Shown piece after piece: positions 39,451-49,909 of a stretch of DNA of 64,000 nucleotides (positions are counted from its first letter, which is position 1; each line of letters opens with the position of its first letter). The stretch spans positions 84,381,586 to 84,445,585 of the forward strand of contig NC_057718.1 in NCBI RefSeq assembly GCF_004010195.1, given 5' to 3'. The DNA is from Chiloscyllium plagiosum (Eukaryota). Position numbers and translations under genes: made by a program. The notes beneath the pieces were generated by a model. That model had not been told where the DNA came from, did no database searches, and saw only the letters and a list, made by a program, of their open reading frames with translations.

Positions 39451-41926
39451 AATGTGCCAGCGTGACACTTGTTTTTTTTCTATTTTGCGTACTCCAGCCA
39501 AAGTGCGGCTGCTGATCTATCTTTAACGTGAGTGCCATCACCACCTGAGAGGTTGGGGAGGCCTCCATCTGGAGTTGTGAGCCTGTATTTGCATACTACA
39601 TTTTTAAAACCTCATCGGTCTACACCACCGCACGCTAGTCTACCAGCGGCTGGTTGCGATAATTATTTCGGTTAGGCAAAGGCTTTTGGAGATGTTTGTC
39701 CAGCGTCCGCATTCCCTCTGCTTGCACCGCGGATAAAAATTGCCACATTTGCTGGTTAGATAACCTATAGAGCCACTGAGACAACGGAGGTTGCAAAGCC
39801 TATTCTATTTTAACGAATCAAACAAATTTTCATTTCTACAGAAATTGAAATAAAGACTCAATCAACAACTGTGTGGATTTTTTAAAATGTTGCTGTGTAA
39901 CCTGTTAAACTACAATATTGATCCTAAAGCTCCGTTTCTCAGACCCAAAGAAACCGGTGCTTAATGTTCAAAGCTTAAAATATACTGCTGTTTGCCGGAT
40001 AAATCCGCTAACCACATTAGGTGTGAGATTATGATGGAGGGTTGGTGGGAGCCTGTTATACCTTTATATTTCTGCAGTATAAGCCAAAAATACAATATTT
40101 GTAAAGGAGTAACGCTGTTCCGATGTCCTGAAATAGAAATGAGTAATGGAGATGTCAACCTCTGTAGCGCAGTATGCCGACTAGCGAGTGTTGGCGTGTT
40201 TTGGTTCTGCTTATAAACCAGTGAAGGGAATGAACATTTGTGATGGGTATTATTCCTTCCCCTCCATTAGGGACTTTCCGTTAATTTGTCTTTCAAACGT
40301 GAATTGCAAGTCTTTGACATACAATTTAAATTCACGTAAATTAATCTTCCATATTACAAATTATGGAAATTGTCTTTTCGTGCTATCTCCAAGATAAATA
40401 TTTTTTCAGTCATCTCTCTAGTGAGAGCAACCCTATCGTCCTCTGGGACTATGGAGACATGATCCTATTTGACTAATGTTTCCTGTTATGCCAAGCTTTG
40501 TTCATAACTATTTCCCTTTTGACATCTTTTCATGTAGTTGCTCCCAAATTGTAATAGTGTGATAATTTAATACTTAGAGCATCCCCCCAGCAGGCTTCCA
40601 AACTGCACAATCAATTTTGACCAAGTACTTGAATGTTGATTTATTTTGCTGTAGACACACACACAGATGAAGAAGAGCTTTGCATTTCGTAGAGTTGTTG
40701 GGCAAATATACTCCTAAGCAATGCCACAAGGTATCACTTGTGAAGTTCTTCTCTGGGTCATATTTTATTAACTTATTAGTGACAGTCATACTATATGTTT
40801 CCTTCTATGAATCATAGAATCCTGATAGTACAGCTGTTAAAATACCTATTTGAGACTGCTCAGGGAATCCCTGATGGACTTGACCTGTATCTTCTCTTGG
40901 ATCGCCCCAGAGATCGTACTCTGTGGTAGTCTGGAATATAAAACTCTTACATACAGTTTAGTTTAAATTATTACCTTTTATTTACCAATGGCATCAGTGT
41001 TACACTATAACACCAATACTTACAAGTCAGAACACGGATACCTACAAGCTCGGCTTGTGCTAAGTTTCTAAAACCTTTAGCAGAGTATTAACATTACAAG
41101 AGTGCCACATGTCCTCAATCAGATAAGCAGCAACAAAATGGCAAAAGTTTGCAGAGGAAGAGAAACTCATTGACAGGTCTGCATATGCTTGACTAATTAA
41201 GCTACATGCACATCAAAGTGGGAAACCTTGATCCAGCCAGGTCCCAAATGGCTGATTGCTTTGGCTGGATAACCTTCCCTTTAAACAGTACCTCATAACA
41301 AGGGACTAGTCTAATCTATGTGGAAAGGTCATGAGGTAACCTTGCTCAGCTAACCTATCCAGTATTATTATCCTACAAAATGGCTTTTTGTTTTAAAATC
41401 ATCTTAGACTCCAAGAATTAAATTCATGACCTTCCTGAATCTCGAGCTCCAGTGAACAACATACATTCAATCCATGACAAGCCAGTGTTCACTCAAATCA
41501 GACTCTTACCTGTCTCGTTTGCTCATGCGTGCTCTCTCATTCACATGAACATCTTCCATCTTTCAAGCTTCGTGTTTTCTGCGCCTGTAAGGGTAATGAG
41601 ACATTCACTTCCCAGAGCAGTCAAGATGAGGGAGCTGAGCTTCGTAAACTCAAATCTGCTAGTGTGGTTTACGTGAAAATTTCAGGATTGTTATATTGCG
41701 TGCATATTCCACTCAGTTTATTAAATTACAAGTACATTTCCTATTGAGGAAAATTATAAATATTGAAAATCTAAAACATTTTCCATAGACTGAAAAATAC
41801 TCAGCTAAGCTAGACATGGTTCCGTTGTCTTTGTTAAAATTTTCAATGTAAAACTATTTAACTAATTTGAGATTAATATATTTTTGCTGGACAAATGTAT
41901 CATTGATGTAAGAGACAAAGACCACA

Positions 41927-43210
41927 CTTTTAGATGAGACCATCACACACACACCCCAACCACCCTCAATCACATTACCAACGAAAACATCATGAAGCCA
42001 CTGGACCTGTGCCTCACCACCCACTTCACCTTCAACAACATAATCTACAAACAAACTAATGGCACACCCATGGGATCTCTGCTATTTGGATTCATAGCAG
42101 AAGTGGTAATGCAAAGACTAGAACAAACAGCCCTACCAACCATCAAACCAAAAATCTGGGTCCGCTACGTAGATGAGACCTTTGTCATCACAAAACGAAA
42201 CAAGATAGAAGAGACATTTAACATTATCAACAACACTCTCTCAGGCATAAAGTTCACCAAGGAGGAAAAAACAGACGACAAACCCGCATTCCTGGATGTC
42301 ACAGTCGAAAGAAAGGACAATGGAGAACTACAAACCTGCGTATACAGAAAACCGACAAACACTGACCAAATACTTAACTACACCAGCAACCATCCCAACA
42401 CACACAAACGAAGCTGTATCAGAACACTATTCCAAAGAGCAACCACACACTGCAGCACAGACGAACTTTGGAAAACAGAGGAGAACCACCTATACAACAT
42501 ATTCAAGAAGAACGGATACTCAAAAAATACAGTCCGCAGATTCCTCAAGAACAAACCACGACAAGCAGACCAAACACAGCCAGAAATCCTAACCACCTTA
42601 CCATACATCAAAGAAGTTTCAGAAATGACAGCCAGACTACTAAGACCCAGCGGAATCCTAGTAGCACACAAACCCACCAACACACTCAAACAAAAACTAA
42701 CAAACTTAAAAGACCCAGTACAACCCATGGTCAAAACCAATGTCATCTACAAAATTCCACGCAAGGACTGCCACTAACAGTACGTGGGACAAACAGGAAG
42801 AAAGTTAGCCAGGATACACGAACATCAGCTAGCCACAAAAAGACATGACCCTCTCTCCCTTGTAGCCCTACACACGATGAAAAAATACACCATTTTGACT
42901 GGGACAACACATCTATCCTGGGACAGGCTAAACAAAGACATGCCAGAGAATTCCTAGAGGTCTGGCACTCCAACCACAACGCCGTAAACAAACACACAGA
43001 TCTAGATACCATCTCTCAACCCCTTCGAAAACGAACAGGAAATGACATCACCACAAACCCCAGGAACCCCATCCAGGACAAACCTATAAATAGAAAGCAG
43101 GAGACGACAGCTTCGCTTACTTGAATGTCGCCATTGACAATGTTACTGAGCCAGGTCATGAAACGTCTGGATATCAAACCTACAGCTCAGTGAGCAAACC
43201 TACACCCTAG
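41927..43210 (+). mobile_element. Penelope-like element, 5'-truncated (RT plus GIY-YIG plus terminus)
   Basis: 261-aa ORF with GTPMGS, YVDETF (catalytic DD degenerate), AFLDV and YRKPT, then NVIYKIPRKDCH*QYVGQTGRK. Confidence 0.9.
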
Positions 43211-45254
43211 ACGAAGACCGGAAAATAAGTCCGAGCGAAAAGTCCTCAGCTGATTTTTCTTGACTATTACTTGATTTAGCCTGTATATTATTAAATGGAC
43301 ATTTCAATTAAAATAGTTAAGTGAATCTTTAACAGTTCAAGGCATAAACTGTGTAAAATTATCATTCTTGCCATCCATCTTCCTATTATGTGTTGTGAGA
43401 CTTTGGTTTCTGTGGTTTGCCAATAATTTATTTCCAGATCTTTTGGAGTGGTAAAATTCTCCACCTTCAATATAGGAGTGCTATTAGAAATTTGGAGAAT
43501 GTGATATGCTGATCAGGTTTATCGGTGAGAGAAAGATCATGTTGATGTGCTCTGTTGAAACCTGGTTTTCTTTAAAATGGTTGACATTTCAGTTTTCTTG
43601 CTACTTATAGCTAACTTGTGGATTGTTGGATAATGTGTTACTTAACGTAACTTGTTTGGAAAACTAGTACTGTATTATGTACTTTGAATGCTACAACTAT
43701 TTTGCACCTCGTAGCTGGCTATGTTTTCTGTCAACCAGATACACTTTTTATACTTGGAGCTAGATTAGTTAGTTACATCTGCTCTTTTCTCCCTACTGAA
43801 AAATAAAATTACTTTATATTTTTTTGAGTTATTATCCAGTAATTTAAGCTTTATGGGGCGGTATAACAGAAGTATTCAGTGCTTAAGAGCCTATTCTGCT
43901 ATTGACTTAGATCACAATCAAAGTCTGCACCTTGACAGTTATTTTCCTGTCTTTGTCTCTGACCTCCATGATAGTTTTACATTGAAATTTTTAGCAAAGG
44001 CAACGGAACCATGCCTATCTTAGCTGAGTATTTTTCAGTCTTTGGAAAATGTATTCTAAGCGTTTTATCCTTGGTTCATTGGTAGTATTCTTGCTTTTAA
44101 CCATCAGATTTATAGCCTCCAGTATCACTTGAACACTTAACCTTAGCTGACACTCCAGTGCAGTGCTAAGGAGTGCTGTGCTGTGCTGTTGGTATGTTCA
44201 GTTGAAATATTAAATCCCACCTATCACAGCAAGGTCCCATAAAAGTACAATGTACAAATTAGCATCCAAAATTCCTACATTATATCAGTAAACATTGGCT
44301 GTCTTGTTCTTTTGAAATGATGCACATTGATGAGAGGTACACTAAATGCAAGCTCTTTCCTCTGTAATGTGAGTCACCATTTGCAAATGCACATAATTTG
44401 CACCGTTGTCATTGCACCCTCTTAGATTTGTTTTATTTCAGCAAAGTAAAAGCTGGAATGAATGTGGGTATTTCTGGTCGTTACGTGAAGTCTGGGCAGT
44501 TATCTTCAGCATTTTGATCATGCATTGTGTAATTGTATTGTGGAATTCTGCAAGTTTTTAGAATTGTGTTTTTGTAAGTTGCATAAAGTAGGAATTCCGT
44601 AATGATTTTTGAGCATACCTGTGCAGCTCTGTTCACAAACCTTTTATTGAATCATTAAATGCAAGAAAAGTCCAATTAGTCTTTTGTGTTAGAGTTTGGA
44701 AAAGCTATTCATTTGTCTCTCTGATGCTGTTTCTTTCCTTTAGCCCTAAATAGTTTCTTTTAAATATATACATTTTAAAATTGAGTCTATTTATATTGGA
44801 CATGTTTATTTAAAATCACAAGCTTTCAGAGCACTACTCCTTTGTAAGGTGCCAGTCCTGGCAAAATGCTTATACATCTCTGAATCCTTTCGTGGTTTTA
44901 CAACAACCTTTCCATAGCAGGGAGACCTGAATGTTCATAAATTGTTGCATTTCTGTTAAAAATTGCCTGCTCAATTTTTTGCTAAATGTCTTGAGTGTGA
45001 AATTACATTCAGTTGCTCTGTGGCATGTGTTACTTCAGTTCACTGTTAGTATCACAATCAGCCAATTACCTTGAATGGCTTTGTGAGTTGGCAAAATTCA
45101 GGGCTACTTTGATTTTTTTAAAAAATTATTTTTGTCATTAACCTAAGTACAGTGTAAAGCTTTTGTTTTGCGAGGAGTACAGGCAAATCATGACATACAA
45201 GGACATACGGATCATAGGGTGTTTAGACAGAATGAACCAGACATGGTTAGGACT

Positions 45255-45537
45255 AGATTCCCTACAGTATGGAAACAGGCCCTTCGGCCCAACAAGTCCA
45301 TACTGACCCTATGAAGAATAACCCATCCAGACCTATACCCTATATTCACCCCAATTATGGGCAATTTAGCATGACCAGTTCACCTAACCTGCACATCTTT
45401 GGATTGTGGGAGGAAACCCACGCAGACACAGGGAGAATGTGCAAACTCCACACAGTCAGTTACCCAAGGCAGGAGTCGAACCTGGGTTCCTGGTGCTGTG
45501 AGGCAGCAGTGCTAGCCACTGAGCCACCGTGCTGCCC
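45255..45537 (-). mobile_element. HE1-like SINE
   Basis: Reverse-complement head and tail. Confidence 0.85.
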
Positions 45538-45594
45538 ATCATGGGTGCACAGGAAGTGCACAAAGGCAAAATCAACATTAGATACCCACCCCCT

Positions 45595-46502
45595 TTCGAA
45601 GCAAAATACTCAGACACAGTGTAGTTTTACCTCCTTCATCTTTATTCCGGGCCCTGGAGGGAGAGAGGAGCGATCACCCACGTGCACAGAGACATGAGTT
45701 CTCGACCTTCTCTCGTGAACAACAGTTTCTTAAGGAATTATATACAGAGGAACCTCTACTATCGGAATGAGATGGGTAGGCACTATTTCGTTCGGATAAT
45801 TGAATATTCAGTTAATTGATTCAATCCCTTTCCTCTGGGGCTCGAGTTTTCTATTAAGTTTGCTCCCTATTCGGTAGACTAGCAGCAGAACACCGCCTCC
45901 AACACCACCCACCCCCAAAACCCCAAATGTGTGGCAAGGGAGAGAGGGCGGGAGGTCAGTCATTTGGAGACAATACCTTGGCTCTCATCTATGTCCAGTA
46001 CTGTTCTCGGCAGAGATCTGTTTAATCGGTGTAAACAGAAGATTTGATCAGGGTTGAAATGGCTCTTTCACGTAATGTTTCTATCGGGACCTCGATCTCC
46101 ATCGAATAATTGATATTTGAATAATTGAGGTTCCTCTGAGTCATTTCACAGGGAGGAGCATCCAGATAAGGCCACATACATGTTGGGTGACCGTCACAAT
46201 CAAAGTGTCAATAGCGATTAAACCATCTGCTGTTACACAATGAATGTTCTTAACCTTAACTGGCTTCACATAATGAATACTTTTCACCTTGTTAACTGAT
46301 CTTACTGAATACTTCCATTATTGTGAAATGGCTGTACATAATGAATGCTTTTCCACCTTGTTAACCCATTACCCTTGCCTCCAGCACCCAATTGTTAACT
46401 AAATGTTCTTATCTGATCTGAGTCCTGCTCAGCTGAACCTCGTGTTTCGCAGAACTCAAAGCGTAACTCTTCCCGACCTGCTTATACCCATACACATTCT
46501 CA
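45595..46502 (-). mobile_element. Putative 3' LTR of an ERV-like element
   Basis: On the minus strand: polypurine tract (PPT) AGGAGGGAA (46511-46503) directly followed by TG; U3-like repeats (46235-46365); TATATAA (45744-45738); AATAAA (45646-45641). The terminal CA was not located. Confidence 0.6.
45745..46138. mobile_element. Tigger/pogo-like MITE inserted in the putative LTR
   Basis: Terminal inverted repeats CAGAGGAACCTC ... GAGGTTCCTCTG; TA on the left flank. Confidence 0.7.
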
Positions 46503-46611
46503 TTCCCTCCTATCATTTTGTGATAACCACCTAGATGGCACTACCAGCTTTCATAAGATTCTGACAGCCAGTATTCAAGCAAGTTATTGATACATAGTGT
46601 ACAATGATTAT

Positions 46612-47380
46612 AGAGTCATAGAGATGTACAGCACGGAAACAGACCTTTCGGTCCAAATCGTCCGTGCCGACCAGAATCCCAACCTTGGCCTATATCGTCT
46701 CAAATCCTTCCTATTCATATACCCATCCAGATGCCTCTTAAATGTTGCAATTGTACCAGCCTCCGCCACTTCCTCTGGCAGCTCATTTCATACACATACC
46801 ACCCTCTGAGTGAAAATGTTGCCCTGTAGGTCTCTTTTATATCTTTCCCCTCTCACCCTAAACTTATGTCCTCTAGTTGTGGACTCCCCCCACCCCAGGG
46901 AAAAAACTTTGTCTGTTTATCCTATCCATGCCCCTCATGGTTTTAAAAACCTCTATACGGTCACCCGTCACCCTCCAACGCTGCAGGGAAAACAGCCCTA
47001 GCCCTATTCAACCTGTCCCTGTAACTCAAATCCTTCAACCCTGGCAACACACTTGTAAATCCTTTCTGAACCCTTTCAAGTTTCACAACATCACTGCAAC
47101 ATGACCTCCCAACTCCTGTACTCAATACTCTGACCAATAAAGGAGAGCATACCAAATACCGCCTTCATTATCCTATCAGTGCAGCTCCACTTTCAAGGAA
47201 CTCCAAGGTCTCTTTGTTCAACAACACTCCCTAGGACCTTAACGTTAAGGTGTATAAGTCCTGCTGAGATTTGCTTTTCCAAATTGCAGTGCTTCACATT
47301 TATGTAAATTAAACTCCATCTGATACCTCTCAGCCCGTTGGCCCATCTGATCAAGATCCTGTTGTAATCTGAGGTAACCT
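46612..47380 (-). mobile_element. CR1 LINE 3' portion inserted in the ERV-like unit
   Basis: Encodes DVVKLERVQKGFTSVLPGLKDLSYRDRLNR; CR1 tail. Confidence 0.85.
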
Positions 47381-47639
47381 TTTTCTAACAACAAAAATTA
47401 CTAGTCGTTACAGTAAATAGAATTTGAAGAATTCTCCCATCTGGGGAGAAAAAAATCACCAGTAAAGATCCTAAATCCGCAATCTTTAGCGACCACTCCA
47501 TCCCTCTAAGTCAGGTGGAAATGAGCAAGTTCTCCAAAATCTCCTTCTGTAAAGTCCAACCCGAAAACAAAATTCAGTCTTGTCCTTCTGTATCACTCCA
47601 CAGAGAAATCTGAATTCTTGGATAAGAGCAGTTAAATGC

Positions 47640-47962
47640 TTAACAACACTGACAAGACTTCCATTCTTCTGGAGATACTTCAGATGGAGCATACCAGCGC
47701 ATCTAAGCGTGCAGTGCAGCAGCTGCAACTGCAAGCTAGGTGAAAGCAGCATTCTTCGCTGACTCTGCTCCTGCTCTGCTGTCAAATGTAACAAAGCCAA
47801 ATGGCCATTCCGATGTTCGCTTGATCAGTGACCCTTCATATCCCTTAAATGATCGAAAGTGAAGGTAAAGCTTATGTGGCCTAATGTCTATCGAAGGCCA
47901 CTGACAAAAAGCGTACTGACCTCCTATTCACTGTTGTTAGCCTATCCACCCCTCATGCGCAT
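47640..47962 (-). pseudogene. RBPMS2: Processed, internally deleted RBPMS2 retrocopy
   Basis: Manual translation: [21 protein letters not shown]/(P)[81 protein letters not shown]. Matches the RBPMS2 RRM and C-terminus; no introns, four premature stops, one frameshift. Confidence 0.9.
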
Positions 47963-48368
47963 GCCTGGGGATCTTATTGAATCCGCTGGATCAGATTGTA
48001 GGGGGTGGGTGGTGGTATGAAGGCGTGCCAATCCTGTGAATGGAGGAACCCTAGAGAAACTGTTAGGTGCTGAAAGCATCCTTGCGTCTCCTCTCCCCGC
48101 CAAGGTGGCCATCAGTATGAAGACAGTCACACATCTAATTACACTAAATTGCGTCTGTCTATCTCCCCCTTATCTGCATTCTTGAAGCCTGTTAATTATT
48201 TATGACATCAAGTTTTATACAATCCATAAACCTCTAAATTGTACTGCCTAAACAATTGTCAGTTGTAAACAACAATCAGTAGTCCTAAAGTCAAACCCTC
48301 TGGGCACCCCATTCAGGTTATTCAAAAATTATTTTCCTTTAACAAATTGATACTTGGTTAATGTGAAA

Positions 48369-49599
48369 GCTGGCAGGCAGAGGTTACAGTCCTCCTTGCT
48401 GCATTGGGCAGATGGGTGGACGTAAGAGGTTAGAGTCCTCTGCATGGTACTGGGGCTCGAGTCCCCGAGGTGAAAGCTGTCAGGAAAAGTATTTCAAAAG
48501 TCTGGAATGGCAAACCAATGAAAAAATGTTTCCTGTGCTTTTGTAATTGAAGAGGCTGTTTCAGTTCATATTTAAATCTCAAATATTTGTGGGAAATAAA
48601 TGCTGAATATTTTAAAACTGAAACTTCCTAAATAAAATAGTCAGAATTATGGTGGCAACCTTGATAGAGATCAACATGCCTTGAATTTGCAACATGAAGG
48701 GGGCCAATGAAGTGTTAACAATAATTAACAGAACTGAAACAGCTCAGCCTCAAATTCAAGTATTCTCCAAATCTTAACAAAACATCAAACTCAAAATGCA
48801 CTCTTTTTGTGAACACTTTGCGTTTAAAACCACAGCAGCAATACTATCGTCTGGCTAAAGCATGATCATTGACAATAGTTTTTTTCTGAAACGGGCATTG
48901 TAGAATTTGAAACAAATCAGGGGCTCAAGGCACTCGATCAATTTGTTTTAAGGTTACAGGTTTGAAATTGTACAACACTGTCATGTTTAGAATGATCAAT
49001 GTAAACACAAAATCTGGCCCATTACATACCCCCACAAAACACATTGAATTGAGATCCTGATTCAAACAAGGCAAAACCGTTACTCAAAAGGATTTTCTGA
49101 ATCAGTATTTTAATAAATGCAAGTTTTTAAACATCAAATGCGCTCAGCATGGCACAATTAACATCAAAACTTTCCTTTTTCTACCCAAGTATTAGTACAA
49201 CCTTAATTTCAGCATTTCTTGTTTTTTATTTTTTTTCATCCTCACTGAAATTACACTTAAAAAAGAGAGCCCTCGCAGTGGACCACATGGCACTGTAGTC
49301 CAAGCCGCTCTCTTTCTCCCAGAGCAAAGATTCGCAGAGGCTCAAATTTTGCCACCAGGGGACTTTAACCCCTTTCTCACTTTAATCCTCATTGGGGCTT
49401 GAACCTCACTTAAACACAGAGTTCGAACCTCAAATCAATCCACCCAGTAGACTCAAACCCCAATCCACACAGAGGACTTGAACCGCAATCAACCCCACCT
49501 AGGGGACTCGAGCCCCAGTACCATGCAGAGGACTCTAACCTCTTACGCCCACCCATCTGCCCAATGCAGCAAGGAGGACTGTAACCTCTGCCTGCCAGC
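48369..49599. repeat. 104-bp inverted repeat pair (48369-48472 and 49496-49599)
   Basis: Manual alignment: 102 of 104 bases identical. Confidence 0.95.
49359..49590 (-). repeat. Array of about 8 tRNA T-arm/B-box-like motifs (GGTTCRAGTCC-like on the minus strand)
   Basis: Plus-strand units GGACTTTAACC, GGGCTTGAACC, GAGTTCGAACC, AGACTCAAACC, GGACTTGAACC, GGACTCGAGCC, GGACTCTAACC, GGACTGTAACC. Confidence 0.7.
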
Positions 49600-49790
49600 G
49601 CGATTGCATAACTGTCTGTCTCGACTGAACTAATTACTGTTTGAGGAGTCCATGGAATAGAGAATTATTGAATGAGGGGACCATCTCTGCCATACAAATG
49701 TTGAGAGGGACCAAGGTTTAAAATCTTACCTTGTGGGCCCATCTGTCTCGACACCGAGTGACCACTGACACCATCTGATTGTAACTATCT

Positions 49791-49814
49791 GTTTGAATCC
49801 TGCCAACTATGTCA
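49791..49814 (-). other. tRNA-Ser primer-binding site (PBS) of the ERV-like unit
   Basis: Plus strand GTTTGAATCCTGCCAACTATGTCA versus tRNA-Ser 3' end GTTCGAATCCTGCCGACTACGCCA: 20/24, all transitions, three at CpG. Splice donor CAAG|GTAAG lies downstream at about 49730 (minus). Confidence 0.7.
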
Positions 49815-49909
49815 ATATTGTCCCCCTTCCCAACACGCACCACCAGACTTTGGATTTTGGAGCTTTTTGGATTTTGGAATTTAAGATAATGGGTTCTCTA
49901 CTTGTACTT

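Noticed and set aside
40830..41650. Possible solo LTRs, also considered for 13774-14490 and 37490-37960
   Set aside because: Suggestive composition only; I could not define TG...CA ends, a TSD, a PBS or a PPT by eye.
41992..42777. Active or domesticated reverse transcriptase
   Set aside because: 5'-truncated, catalytic YVDD changed to YVDE, and a stop falls within the GIY-YIG region.
47486..47800. 104-aa minus-strand ORF as a novel gene
   Set aside because: It is an alternative frame over the RBPMS2 retrocopy with a non-ATG start and no recognisable domain.
49791..49814. Functional tRNA-Ser gene
   Set aside because: Only the 3' 24 nt match, including the position of the post-transcriptionally added CCA; there is no D arm or anticodon arm.
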